A stretch of DNA of 63,478 bases, the filler included, from Candidatus Omnitrophota bacterium (GTDB lineage: Bacteria; Omnitrophota; Gorgyraeia; Zapsychrales; Zapsychraceae), in assembly GCA_015233495.1 (NCBI GenBank). It is 6 parts of 6 records of this genome, joined end to end, with 100 filler letters (N's around TTAATTAATTAA, not from the genome) between each part and the next. Parts side by side here need not be neighbours in the genome. Positions count along the whole stretch, not along the records: positions 34,146 to 44,757 come from JADFXQ010000059.1; positions 44,858 to 55,283 come from JADFXQ010000060.1; 4 more parts are not named here. The stretch is one strand, 5' to 3'. Positions 34,968 through 45,907 of this stretch are shown piece by piece. How positions within the stretch are numbered: the first letter of the stretch is position 1; each line of letters starts with the position of its first letter. A program made the translations under genes and the position numbers. The notes under the pieces were generated by a model that was not told the DNA's origin, did no database searches, and worked only from the letters and a program-made list of their open reading frames with translations.

Positions 34968-36587
34968 TTATTCCGCGTGCCATTTTTCCACGACTTCTCC
35001 TCCAAAGGTGTCTAAAGCGCTGGCAACGGACGCGTCTTCGACTGCCGACGGCAATACATCGACCAAAACATATTTAATGTTAATATTTTGTTTGAGTATC
35101 TGCTGGAAAACATCTTCCACTAAGCGCAGATTATCTTTGGTATCCAAGCTCTCTTTATGAAAACCACAGTGCCCGGGAAGCGCGATGGTTAACCGAGATC
35201 CGCTCAACTCATACGGTTTTGCCTCCTGCAAATAAGTCGCCACTGACATTTTTATCCGACTCACCGCGTATGTCAATTGATCCCAATTTTTTATCAAACT
35301 CGGTAAATCGCATTGCAACTCCTTAACGTCCGTGACTGCTGTTTCCGGCGAAGAAATTTTTCCCGAAATATCCACCATCCCCTTTTTATCCGATAAGACC
35401 CGCGGCGCCGGTTGTGCCGGTTTTGCCTCCGGCTGCGGCTTGACCGCTGTTTTCGCTACTGGAGTGCTATCCCCTAACGCGGTTTTAATTTTTTCCGTTT
35501 CCCGATAGGTCAATTTTGCTAAAGATATTTCTAACGGCATCCTTAAAGTTTCCGTAATCCGGGCGGTGTCTTGGGCAGCGATCAAGACATCGATCGCATT
35601 TAAAATTTCTGCCAAGGTAAAATGCTGGGCTTGATTCCAATACCGCTCTTTAATCGCAGCCGGATATTCGACCAGATGTTCCAAGGTTTTACCGCCGATT
35701 TTAATAACCATGATATCCCGAAAATGCTCCGTCATATCCTTGATCAGCTGCTTGATATCTTTGCCTTTGTCAACGATTTGATCAACCACAGTAAGCGCCG
35801 CCGCGCAGTCTTGCCGGCTGATCGCGTCAACTAACGTAAAACGATAATCCGTTTCCACCAATCCCAGCATCGAAAAAACATCGCTTGATTGAATGCGGCG
35901 CTCGCTGTGCGCGCTCAGCTGGTCGAGTATGCTCAACGCGTCGCGCAAACTGCCCTGACCCGCTTTAGCCACAGCAAACAAGGCGTCGGGGTCCGCTTGC
36001 AACGCCTCTTTTTGAGCGGTCGCTTCTAAAAAAGCCGAAATATCTTTAATCGACACCCGCTTAAAATCAAAACGCTGACACCGGGAAATGATCGTAGCCG
36101 GCACTTTATTCGGCTCGGTTGTGGCGAAAATGAATTTTACATATTCGGGAGGTTCTTCCAGAGTTTTCAATAAAGCGTTGAACGCTTCCGCAGTCAACAT
36201 ATGCACTTCATCAACAATATAAATTTTATAACGGCCATAATTGGGCGCGAACTTGACATTTTCCCGCAGCGTGCGGATTTCATCAATCCCGCGGTTAGAC
36301 GCGCCGTCAATTTCTAAAACATCAAAACTCACTCCTTTGGCAATTTCCGAACAGGCCGGACATTCCCCGCAAGGCTTAAGTGTAGGACCATTTTGACAAT
36401 TTAAGGATTTAGCTAAAATACGGGCGCAAGATGTCTTTCCCACACCGCGCGGACCGCAAAATAAATAGGCTTGCGCCAAGTGACCGGAGGTCACGGTTTT
36501 TTTAAGGATATCCGTGATATGAGTTTGGCCGACAACATCGTCAAAAATCTGCGGACGGTATTTGCGGGCGTAGACTAAATATGACAT
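34968..36587 (-). CDS. dnaX: DNA polymerase III subunit gamma/tau
   Basis: ARKYRPQ.F.DVVGQ, GPRGVGKTS, EIDGASNRGIDEIR, DEVHML...AFNALLKTLEEPP, SRCQRF. Confidence 0.97.
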   Translation of the reverse strand: MSYLVYARKYRPQIFDDVVGQTHITDILKKTVTSGHLAQAYLFCGPRGVGKTSCARILAKSLNCQNGPTLKPCGECPACSEIAKGVSFDVLEIDGASNRGIDEIRTLRENVKFAPNYGRYKIYIVDEVHMLTAEAFNALLKTLEEPPEYVKFIFATTEPNKVPATIISRCQRFDFKRVSIKDISAFLEATAQKEALQADPDALFAVAKAGQGSLRDALSILDQLSAHSERRIQSSDVFSMLGLVETDYRFTLVDAISRQDCAAALTVVDQIVDKGKDIKQLIKDMTEHFRDIMVIKIGGKTLEHLVEYPAAIKERYWNQAQHFTLAEILNAIDVLIAAQDTARITETLRMPLEISLAKLTYRETEKIKTALGDSTPVAKTAVKPQPEAKPAQPAPRVLSDKKGMVDISGKISSPETAVTDVKELQCDLPSLIKNWDQLTYAVSRIKMSVATYLQEAKPYELSGSRLTIALPGHCGFHKESLDTKDNLRLVEDVFQQILKQNINIKYVLVDVLPSAVEDASVASALDTFGGEVVEKWHAE

Positions 36588-36624
36588 AAATTTATCATAG
36601 AGGCCCATTAACGCGATGTCAACC

Positions 36625-38775
36625 CTATCGCGGATTTTTTCGCAGGGACAAGGCGATACGCCGTCGAGGCAAATCGATTTCTAAAACAGTCACTTGCACC
36701 TTCTGATGCACTTTCACAGCTTCATTGGCGTCTTTGACATAATGGTCGGCCAGCTGACTGATGTGGACCAAACCGTCCTGATGCACCCCCACATCCACAA
36801 ACGCGCCAAAAGCCGTAACATTGGTAACCACACCCGGCAATTTCATCCCCGGTTGTAAATCTTCTATTTTTTCGACGCCCTCTTTAAAACTAAATAACTG
36901 AAACGGCGGCCGCGGGTCTCGTCCGGGTTTGGCCAATTCCGCCTTGATATCCGTCAAAGTAGGCAGCCCGATCGTTGCCGTGACGTATTTTTTCAGTTCA
37001 ATCTTTCCGCGCAATTTTTCATCGATGATCAAATCTTTAATTGAGCAGCCTATATCCTTAGCCATTTGTTCGACTAAACCATAGGATTCCGGGTGAACCG
37101 CGCTGGCATCTAAAGGATTGTCGGAATCAATAATTCTTAAAAATCCTGCCGCCTGCTCAAAAGCTTTCGGCCCTAAACCCGTAACTTTTTTTAAAGCCGC
37201 GCGATTTTTAAACGGACCTTTGGCATTGCGATGATCAATGATCGCCTGAGCGCGGGTTGGACCGATGCCGGAAACATAAATGAGCAGCTGCTTACTCGCG
37301 GTGTTGAGTTCAACTCCGACTTGATTCACACAGCTTATCACGATATCGGAAAGCGAATTTTTCAACTGCGCCTGGTCAACATCATGTTGATATTGCCCCA
37401 CGCCGATAGACTTAGGATCAATTTTTACCAATTCCGCTAAAGGATCCATCAGCCGCCGGCCAATTGAAACCGCGCCGCGCACGGTGACGTCCTGGTCAGG
37501 AAATTCTTCCCGCGCGACATCCGAAGCGGAATAAATCGAGGCGCCGCTTTCATTGACCAAAACAATAATTATCTCTGGGGGAAGTTTTAGAGAACGAATA
37601 AAAACTTCGGTTTCCCGGCTGGCTGTTCCATTGCCGATCGCGATCACTTCGGTTTTGTGCTTTTTACACAAATCCCGAATGATGGCAATGGCCTCATCTT
37701 TCTGATAATCCGAACCGCAAAGATAAATAACCGTATGCCGCAACAATTGGCCTTGCCGGTCTAAACAGACGATTTTACAGCCGGTTCTTTGACCGGGGTC
37801 AATGGCTAAAACATTTTTTTGGCCAAGCGGCGGCGCCATGAGCAATTCGGCCAGATTATTTTTAAAAATTCCGATGGCTTCCAAGTCTGCCCGTTTTTTT
37901 AATTCCAAACGATATTCGGTTTCCATCGAAGGGCAGAGCAGACGTTTATAACAATCGTCAATCGCGAGCTCAACTTGGTCGCCATCCGCCCCTTCGCTGA
38001 TTAAAAACATTTCATCAATAATTTCGATGGCGGCTTCTTCTGGGGGCTGAAACCGCACGGATAAAAATTCTTCTTTTTCTCCGCGGCGTATGGCGAGGAT
38101 CCGGTGCGACGGCGCAGTTTTCCCCAATTCCTCCCAGTCAAAATAATCGCGGAATTTGCTGCCAGCTTCTTCCTTGTTTTTTATGACCTTGGATTGGATC
38201 ATGGCTTTTTCTTGAAACAACACGCGCAGCTTGGCGCGCAGATCCGTGTTTTCATTCATGATTTCCGCGATAATATCGCGGCTCCCGGATAAAGCTTCTT
38301 CTACGCTATTGACTTTTTTTTTCGCATCGACAAAACCCGCGGTCAACTGGTCAAGGTCTGTTTTGGAAATGCCGGTTTGTTCAAAAATTTTAAGCGCCAA
38401 TGGCTCAAGTCCTTTTTCCTTGGCAACCATAGCCCGCGTGCGGCGTTTAGGTTTATACGGCAAATAAATATCTTCCAAAACCGCCAGCGTTTCCGCGGCG
38501 GAAATCTTGGCGCGCAATGCGTCGGTCATCTTGCCTTGCTGGGTTATGCTCTCAATGACCGTAGCGCGGCGCTTATCTAATTCGCGCAATTGTTCCACTC
38601 GGTCGCGGATCGCTCCCACCGCGACTTCATCCAAATTTCCGGTCACTTCCTTGCGGTAGCGGGAAATGAACGGAATCGTCGCGTCATTATCCAATAAATC
38701 AACCGTGGCTAAGACGCGATCCGGTTGTATGCCCAGTTCTTTAGCGATTTTAAGGCTGTATAATTGATTGTTCAT
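36625..38775 (-). CDS. tex: Tex family RNA-binding transcriptional accessory protein
   Basis: TIPFISRYRKEVTG.LDE, LEDIYLPYKPKRRTRA, GASIYSAS..A.EEFP, KIDPKSIGVGQYQHDV, C-terminal S1 domain; ATG at 38775. Confidence 0.95.
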   Translation of the reverse strand: MNNQLYSLKIAKELGIQPDRVLATVDLLDNDATIPFISRYRKEVTGNLDEVAVGAIRDRVEQLRELDKRRATVIESITQQGKMTDALRAKISAAETLAVLEDIYLPYKPKRRTRAMVAKEKGLEPLALKIFEQTGISKTDLDQLTAGFVDAKKKVNSVEEALSGSRDIIAEIMNENTDLRAKLRVLFQEKAMIQSKVIKNKEEAGSKFRDYFDWEELGKTAPSHRILAIRRGEKEEFLSVRFQPPEEAAIEIIDEMFLISEGADGDQVELAIDDCYKRLLCPSMETEYRLELKKRADLEAIGIFKNNLAELLMAPPLGQKNVLAIDPGQRTGCKIVCLDRQGQLLRHTVIYLCGSDYQKDEAIAIIRDLCKKHKTEVIAIGNGTASRETEVFIRSLKLPPEIIIVLVNESGASIYSASDVAREEFPDQDVTVRGAVSIGRRLMDPLAELVKIDPKSIGVGQYQHDVDQAQLKNSLSDIVISCVNQVGVELNTASKQLLIYVSGIGPTRAQAIIDHRNAKGPFKNRAALKKVTGLGPKAFEQAAGFLRIIDSDNPLDASAVHPESYGLVEQMAKDIGCSIKDLIIDEKLRGKIELKKYVTATIGLPTLTDIKAELAKPGRDPRPPFQLFSFKEGVEKIEDLQPGMKLPGVVTNVTAFGAFVDVGVHQDGLVHISQLADHYVKDANEAVKVHQKVQVTVLEIDLPRRRIALSLRKNPR

Positions 38776-38840
38776 GCGTTTAGNNNNNNNNNNNNNNNNN
38801 NNNNNNNNNNNNNNNNNNNNNNNNNNNNNNNNNNNNNNNN

Positions 38841-41502
38841 ACCCTTCACGTTTTATCAAAATTGAGCCGTTGGCTAAGCGCTCAAAAGGAATGGCTGTGC
38901 CGTTTAATTCAACCTGGTTAATTTTATATTGTCCCGCGTCGAGATGTTGTGGATTATCATAAAAAACCCGCAACCGCATCCACGCGAAGAAACACGATAC
39001 ACTGGCCCGCCCCTGATTGTCAAATTGTTCTTTCACGAGTTTAGGTTCCAGAATTAAATCACCGCCCCGGCCTTTGATTCCGAACACCTGGGTCAATTCA
39101 GTCAAGACGAACCAGCTCGCTGATCCGGTCAGATAGTGATACATCCCCCGGCCGGTCGAATCAAAATATTCAGGGATACCCGGATAAATTTTCGCCCGAT
39201 CCGAGTCTGTTGCCATGCGATAAATTGATTCGAGAACCGCATGTCCCTCTCGGTATAAACCGCGTTGATAAAGGGCATACGCGTACATGACTGTCATATG
39301 ACTGAAAAACGCGCCGTTTTCTTTGGTGCCATAAGCGAAACCAAAAGCGCGGCCGAGATCCAAGTAATGCGGAATTTTGAAATCCGTATTCAGACGAATG
39401 CCGCCTAATTGCGGGTCTTTAAGAAACCGGTTGACGCTTTTCACAAGTTCCGGAAGATCGGATTGTGCCGCAGTGCCGTGCAGGATGGCGAATACCTGTC
39501 CGGTTAAAGTCATCCGGACCTGGTCCGAAAACAGCCCTTCGACTCTTTGGCCCTGATTGTCGTAATATCCGTTAAAAAAAACTGATTTTTGGCGTGGCGA
39601 TTGGATAATCAAACGTTCCTGTTTGCGCAAATGATTTTGCATCCATTGGGCTTTTCGCCGCAAATCCCGGCACAAAGCTCCCAAAGAAATATCAACGACG
39701 ATCCCGTTCAACTCCGGCTGTACAGACGCGAAATACGATTTGAACAACAAGTCTCGCTTCGCAACCGGGTCATCGTAATTGATCGATTCGCCCATGCTGT
39801 CCAACAAAATCAGCAGTTCTTGAAAAACCGCCACAGTTTTAATTTTTTTAGTTTTGGTTAATTCTTCCATCAGGTCAGCGGTCTGGAGCAAATTCCCGGC
39901 GTAAAAATGCATAAACGCCGGGCTTTCGCCGCGGGCAAACGCCATGTCCAACCCGTCGTTCCAGTCCGCGCTTTCCAAACGGGTAAGATTGTGTTCGCCG
40001 ACATTGAAAAACTGGACCAAATGCTGGACGAGAATATGCTCTAAAATCGTCCCTTGATAAATCTCTCCCTTTTTGGTTTTCAATTGATTGCCATAAGCCG
40101 GAGTCCAATGACTGTCTTTTTGAAAGGTGCGGGAAAATTGCGGGTCGCGAAAATACGAATTCTTTTCCAATAAAATATCGTAATGTCCGGTCTGCTGAAT
40201 GTAGAGCAAAATCGTTTGCAACGGCCAAACCCCGTGGTCCATCCAGACGCGGGTGATCGCGTTGCGGTCTGCGACGAATTCTCCGGGTTTAGTCCCAATA
40301 ATGGTCGCGTTGGACCCATCGACGCGCACCCCGGCAAAATTATTGATCAGATTTTGGCGGGTGTTTTGCGGTTCAATGAGAATCAAGGACAATAAATCCT
40401 GCCAAAGATCCCGCCATCCTTTGCCGCCTTTGCCATAATCATGGTCCGGCAGAAACGAACAGCCAAAAATCCGGCGCAAGACCGGCTGTAAGGAAACCCA
40501 GCGCATCCAGGAATTGAACGCGGAATCAGCCGTGTTAAAGGTGATGGCCGAGGTTTTTTCATCCCAGTATTTTTGATTTTCTTTTAGCGCCAGGTCAAAC
40601 GCCTGGGGATTAGAAAATTTTTCAAAAAGTTTTTCCACCTTTTCTTTTTGATCAGCGACACCGATCAACATATAAAAAGAGGCTGTCTCTCCGGGCATTA
40701 ATTTAACATCCGCGAAACGCAAAGCCCCGGCCGCTTCTTTGCCGCTCAACTCTTCCGGCGGCAAAGCGCGCGGTTGTTGGTTTTTAACAACAGCTTGCGG
40801 CATCGCGAACGTTCCGCCATCGCCGTAAAAATCCGCGATCGTCGGGAAAGTCCCGACCGGCGCTTGGCCCTGGCCGGAATAGCCTAAGACAAAATAAATA
40901 TCATCATTCGGTTTATGCCCCTCTTCATTAAACCGCATGGTCGGCTCCAAAATCACGCCCCATTTAATTTGCTTAATCCGATTTAATAAGGAAGTCACCT
41001 GCTCGTGATCGTGTTTATTAGCCAAAGCGCGGCCGAACAAAGGCACTGCGCCCCAAGGAGCGGTGACCAGCTGACTCTGCCCCCTATTTTTTATCCGCAC
41101 TCGCATCAATTCAACATTTTCGTCCGTAACCGGAACAAAATTGAGAGCCTCCATCTCAATATCGAATTCAGTAAAAGTCCGGATAACTTTATGCCATAAC
41201 GGCCCGATTTCCACTGCCGCTTCTTTGTCAGCTTGCGGATCAGCCAGCGAGACAAAACCTTGGTCTTTTACCGACACATAAAAATTCCGGCATCCCTGAC
41301 GCAGGTCCTCCGTCGATACTGGTTTGGTCACATAGCGAAATTTGTCGATCTTGATATCTCCGCCGAGAAACGGGGTGATCGAACTTTTAATCCTGCCAGA
41401 ATCAGCGCCGCACAAAGGCGCGTAAATCGTCCGGACATTTACCGCTGATTCGCTGCAAAACGAAACTCCGTCCGGGTTGAACTGAAAAAATGATTTTGAC
41501 AT
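38841..41502 (-). CDS. GH94 glycoside phosphorylase, laminaribiose-phosphorylase-like; stop codon lies in the N gap
   Basis: FLPDHDYGKGGKGWRDLWQD, ADWNDGLD, KENGAFFSH, YPGIPEYF, YLTGSASW. Confidence 0.85.
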
Positions 41503-41557
41503 CGTTAGGCTCTTATCTAAAAAGGATAAATTTTTGATCAAGTATATCACGTATTAT

Positions 41558-42472
41558 TTATACACTTCCATTCTTTTTTAGCGGAAGAAGCGACGGGGCG
41601 CTGGGATCATGCCGGGCATGATTGATTTGCGCGGTGGTCATGCTGTTGGTGGCATAACAATACCGGCAGCCAAACAAACAGGTTGTGTTCATCCCGATAT
41701 CTTTCGAGACCGCACAACCGCAGGCCGAGCGCTGGGACGGGTCTTTTTTATAGTCTAGCGCTTGTCCCGTGATCCGGCCAATCAAGTCGGCATCGATACA
41801 TTTTCCCGGAACAACACCCCACGACGTCATATCGGATTCTTCCGCGCAAGACTGGAGCATAATCCCATGTTGTTTGGCGAGAATCGACATTTCTCGGATC
41901 AAACCCGCGTAGGTTGCCGGCTGAAAGGCGTCCGGCTCGAAGCGAAACCCCTGCCCTGTTTCTTTTGACATCCGAGATAAAGTCTTGCGATACGGCGCAA
42001 GAAAACTAAAAATGACGCGTTTCGTATAAGGCGCGATCGCGGCAAGCAACCGTTTAAAATTTGATTTATGCCATTCCAACGAGGTTGAATTGGAATAAAA
42101 AATCGGATCATAACGCCAAATAACTTTTTCTTTGCCGATCCGGAGGCTCAACTGTTGAAATGTTTTGACCGCTTCAGCGCTTTCCGGCGCGTGAGGATCA
42201 ATTGTCCGCGGATAACCAACGACCGTATAAAGAAAATAATAATGATATCCCGCATTGTCCAACTCTTCCAACCGCGTCATCAACGGCGCCGGATTACGGG
42301 TCCAGAAAACAAAAAGTTTGACCTCCTGGGGCTCCAAACTGACTGTCGCGACCTGGCGCGGATTATAAGGGTTCGGGACACAACAAAATCCCGCCCGCAC
42401 ACGGTTCATAAACCACTCACTATAAAACGCGGGTATATCAGTGCGCCGGCTGACGCTGATAATTTTTTTCAT
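41558..42472 (-). CDS. DUF1848 family protein (radical-SAM-like, C-terminal Cys motif)
   Basis: IISVSRRTDIPAFYSEWF.NR, VFWTRNP, WRYDPI, CGC..SKDIG...TCLFGCRYCYA. Confidence 0.9.
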   Translation of the reverse strand: MKKIISVSRRTDIPAFYSEWFMNRVRAGFCCVPNPYNPRQVATVSLEPQEVKLFVFWTRNPAPLMTRLEELDNAGYHYYFLYTVVGYPRTIDPHAPESAEAVKTFQQLSLRIGKEKVIWRYDPIFYSNSTSLEWHKSNFKRLLAAIAPYTKRVIFSFLAPYRKTLSRMSKETGQGFRFEPDAFQPATYAGLIREMSILAKQHGIMLQSCAEESDMTSWGVVPGKCIDADLIGRITGQALDYKKDPSQRSACGCAVSKDIGMNTTCLFGCRYCYATNSMTTAQINHARHDPSAPSLLPLKKNGSV

Positions 42473-44444
42473 ATTTGTTTCGCAAAATTTCCTGACTCAT
42501 CATCAGCCGGTTATTCCCCGGATCCAGCCGCAGACCTTTAGTCAAATATTCTCCAGCCGCTTCCAACTGATTTAAATCCAAATATACATTGCCGATATTC
42601 AAATACAAAATCCATTGGTCCGGTTTCAGTTGTAAAGCGTGCCGCAATTCCGTCAAAGCGCGGTTCAATTCACCGCGTTCTTTATAAATCACCGCGCGAT
42701 TGCAATACGCCTCATATAACAAAGGGTCAAGCCCGATTGCGGCAGTATAGTCATTAAGCGCAGCTTCCTTTTGTCCGAATAAACTGAAGACAATGCCGCG
42801 ATTGCTATAAACCTTTGCCATTTTTGGATCAATAACCAAAGCCTTATTATAATCAACCAAGGCGTTTTGCAGTTCCCCTTTAATTTTATAAACCAGACCG
42901 CGGCTGGCATAAGCCTTGGCATATTGAGGATTCAAGAGAATCGTTGTAGTATAATCTGCCAAGGCACGATCATAATCTTGCAGGCGTTCATACATCACGC
43001 CGCGGTTAAAATAAATTTTATACTGCGCCGGATTTAGCCGCAGCGCAGCGTTAAATGCCTTTTCCGCTTCTGGAAAATTTTTCGCATTAATATAAGCGTT
43101 GGCTAAATTAACATAAGCTCGAAATTTCTGCGGGGCTTTCGCTATGACATCTGTCCACAATGTCACGTCATTTTGCCAGACAAGATTGCGCTGCCACGTC
43201 AGGATGGTTAGAATCAAGACAAACGCTACGCCGGCTGATAAGTATACGCGGCGATTTTTGATTACCTGATACCCCACGCAGCAGACGCATAACGCCAAAC
43301 CCGGTAAAGTCAAATACAGTTTATGCTCAAAAATTACGTGTTCCCGCGGCACAAAATTTGAGGCAAACGTTATTAACATCCAACTTAATCCATAAGAAAA
43401 AACGCGGTATTTTTTAAATGTCAAAAAAACCCCAAAACCCATTGCCGCGAGCAGCAGAATACTAAAGAGCGCGGCTGGTTCAGCCATAGACCGGGACATC
43501 GGAAAATCATAGTCAAGATTTTGGCCGATGGGAATAAAAAATAAACGCAGTAAATGGGCAAAAACGCGGGTTTCCGTGAGAAGATACGTCGGAAAAGTCA
43601 AGATATCGCCAGCGTGCGATTCAGAGAGCCGCGGCGTAAACAACAAGCCGCCAAAATTGAAACGAAAAATCGCCGGGATCAAAACGACCAACCCCAGGGA
43701 AAAAAGCGCTATAAAAGAAAATGGGACTTTTCGCTCGCTCCAAAGCTGCCGGAAATGTTGAAAAATCGGCTTTGGCTCCAAACGAATCAAATATAATTCC
43801 GTTGCCAAAATAGATAACGGTAAAGTAATCGCGATTTCTTTAGTGAACATCGCGGCAATGGCGCTGATCAGCGCGCAGCCAAACCAAAAAAATTTTATCC
43901 TCACGGTCGTGAATCTGCCCTGAAAATACGCGGTCATTGCCAGCAAATAAAAAAAAGCGGCTAAAGAAGTAAACCGCTGGGTAATATAAGCAACCGCCTG
44001 GGTTTGTACGGGATGAGCGATAAAAATCAGCGCAGTGATAAATGCCAACGCCTCAACCTCACGACGAGGATAATGAAAACCTTTAACCCCAAGCTGGCAG
44101 AATAAAAAAAAGACAAGCCAGGCATTGACGAAATGGATAATAAAATTCGTGACATGATAGCCGACCACGTTGAGACCGTAAAGCCGATAGTCGAGAGCAA
44201 AAGAATAAAAAGCGATAAACCGCGACGGCTGCGATATAACCGTGTGCCAAATCGCGGCCGGATCGATTAAAGAGCGGATGTCTGGATTTTCAACAATGAA
44301 AACTTGATCATCAAAATGAAAGGAGGCCGTGAAGGAATTGCTGTAAGCTAAAACACCAAAGAAAAAAATAATGAAAAAAAAATGTCGAGGGATTAAAAAA
44401 TCCCGTCCTTCTCGATCATGCCGCGTCACCTGAGAGAAAAACAT
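42438..44444 (-). CDS. TMTC-like GT-C membrane glycosyltransferase with C-terminal TPRs
   Basis: FHFDD..I..NP, YHVTN..IH..N, HPVQTQAVAYI.QR, TKE.A, EHKLYL, RN.VWQN...LW.D, then multiple TPRs; start uncertain. Confidence 0.85.
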   Translation of the reverse strand: MFFSQVTRHDREGRDFLIPRHFFFIIFFFGVLAYSNSFTASFHFDDQVFIVENPDIRSLIDPAAIWHTVISQPSRFIAFYSFALDYRLYGLNVVGYHVTNFIIHFVNAWLVFFLFCQLGVKGFHYPRREVEALAFITALIFIAHPVQTQAVAYITQRFTSLAAFFYLLAMTAYFQGRFTTVRIKFFWFGCALISAIAAMFTKEIAITLPLSILATELYLIRLEPKPIFQHFRQLWSERKVPFSFIALFSLGLVVLIPAIFRFNFGGLLFTPRLSESHAGDILTFPTYLLTETRVFAHLLRLFFIPIGQNLDYDFPMSRSMAEPAALFSILLLAAMGFGVFLTFKKYRVFSYGLSWMLITFASNFVPREHVIFEHKLYLTLPGLALCVCCVGYQVIKNRRVYLSAGVAFVLILTILTWQRNLVWQNDVTLWTDVIAKAPQKFRAYVNLANAYINAKNFPEAEKAFNAALRLNPAQYKIYFNRGVMYERLQDYDRALADYTTTILLNPQYAKAYASRGLVYKIKGELQNALVDYNKALVIDPKMAKVYSNRGIVFSLFGQKEAALNDYTAAIGLDPLLYEAYCNRAVIYKERGELNRALTELRHALQLKPDQWILYLNIGNVYLDLNQLEAAGEYLTKGLRLDPGNNRLMMSQEILRNKYEKNYQRQPAH

Positions 44445-44563
44445 TGTTGCGTCCGGTTTTTTTTCGTCCGATACAAAAACTGATCCGCCGCCATCCCAAC
44501 CTGCTGACAGTCGGTTCCGTGCCATATAAATCAAGTAATCTTACCACAACATAGGCCCCCATT

Positions 44564-44757
44564 TTAGTCTTGTATATCTGTTTTTAATTCAAACTCGAAT
44601 CCCTGAAGGTTAATAACAGGTTTCCAAGAATTAAATGTAGTAGCGCGTATTCTTTTAGTAATTTCTTCTTTACTCATATCAAAGTTTATTTGTCCCAATT
44701 CGTTAAGTTCTTTTCGTGTAAATGGCCGTCTTTTCCATTTTTCATTAGCTGCTGGCA
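44564..44757 (-). CDS. C-terminal fragment, possibly a formyltransferase-family protein (AT-rich)
   Basis: open frame EKWKRRPFTRKELNEL..I.FDMSKEEI.KRIRATTF..WKP.I.LQGFEFEL to the TAA at 44564. Confidence 0.4.
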
Positions 44758-44857
44758 NNNNNNNNNNNNNNNNNNNNNNNNNNNNNNNNNNNNNNNNNNN
44801 NTTAATTAATTAANNNNNNNNNNNNNNNNNNNNNNNNNNNNNNNNNNNNNNNNNNNN
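44758..44857. other. artificial contig linker
   Basis: N-run/TTAATTAATTAA/N-run. Confidence 0.98.
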
Positions 44858-44935
44858 CAAATTTCCGATGTAGCTGATAAATCGGGTGATCGCCATAAAT
44901 GATGTCTCGGTTGCGTTCAAAATCCCGCGTCTTGC

Positions 44936-45907
44936 TTAAAACTCCAACTTCCGCTCCACCCCGATGATCGCCGTATCTTCGGCGCCTTCAATCCGGCCGC
45001 TGTTTTTATTCATCAGGTATTTCAATTCCAGCGTCCCGGATTTTTTTATGTCCGAACGTTTGAGCGTCCATTCCGTCTTAGAATCGTTGGAAGAAACCAA
45101 AGGCGAAATCGTCAAGGCCTCAATTTGTTTTTGAAAATGCTCCCGGTCCGCCAAATCAAACGGCCCGGCTACCGTAAAACTCCACCCGTCAGTTTGGGAA
45201 ATTGTGGAATCGGAAATATTCATCCGGGGGTAGACCCCCGCGATATTCAATTCAATCCGATCGTATTTCAAATTTTTGATAACCCCGTCGCGCGATTCCA
45301 AACGGCCTTTTAACGCCAAATGCTCCGGCGTGCCTTGGCCGCGAATTTCTCCCTGGACCAATCCGTCGGCAAAAACCGATTGGGAGTTAGTCCAAAACGA
45401 CAAAAAATCGGATAGATCCACCCCGTTGAACCCAAGCGCCATATCCAGATTAAAAGGGGTCCGGGTCTCCACATACCCTTTAGCCGTGATATGCCCGACG
45501 GAAAAATCACGGACCCACAACCGTTGATCCCGCCATTCGAACAACATTGATAATTCGCCGTACGGCGCATAATCCCAAAGCGTATATCGACTGACCGCCC
45601 GTCCCAAAACTACATCCCACGGCCCGGTTTTTTCACGGACAAACCGTAATGACCCGGTAATCTCGGTAGATAAATCTTTTTGCGCCAAACGCAAATGCGC
45701 CGCGGTGATTTGAAACGTATAGCCGCGCTGGGGCTCGCGATTGACCGTTAAGGCGAGCAAACGATTATCCGCTTGAGATAAAAATTCCACACCCAGCACA
45801 CCCCGGTCAAAATCCATATGCCCGGTAAACCGAAACAATTCACCGGCCTGCGCCGGAGCGGCGCAGCAAAGCAATATCACCCCACAAACCAATAACCCTG
45901 GTTTCAT
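44936..45907 (-). CDS. exported beta-rich hypothetical protein (AsmA/TamB-like)
   Basis: signal peptide ending AQA; G.I.G.GT....L.G.L pattern; terminal Phe; 4-bp overlap with clpC. Confidence 0.55.
   Translation of the reverse strand: MKPGLLVCGVILLCCAAPAQAGELFRFTGHMDFDRGVLGVEFLSQADNRLLALTVNREPQRGYTFQITAAHLRLAQKDLSTEITGSLRFVREKTGPWDVVLGRAVSRYTLWDYAPYGELSMLFEWRDQRLWVRDFSVGHITAKGYVETRTPFNLDMALGFNGVDLSDFLSFWTNSQSVFADGLVQGEIRGQGTPEHLALKGRLESRDGVIKNLKYDRIELNIAGVYPRMNISDSTISQTDGWSFTVAGPFDLADREHFQKQIEALTISPLVSSNDSKTEWTLKRSDIKKSGTLELKYLMNKNSGRIEGAEDTAIIGVERKLEF

Noticed and set aside
34968..36587. dnaX -1 frameshift signal
   Set aside because: No convincing A-AAA-AAG slippery site with a downstream stem was seen by eye.
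36625..41550. 1641-aa GH94-Tex fusion in the ORF track
   Set aside because: Read-through across the 57-N gap (38784-38840). Both halves are essentially full-length proteins and Tex has its own ATG at 38775.
44858..44896. 13-codon ORF start MAITRFISYIGNL at the contig edge
   Set aside because: Too short to assign a product.
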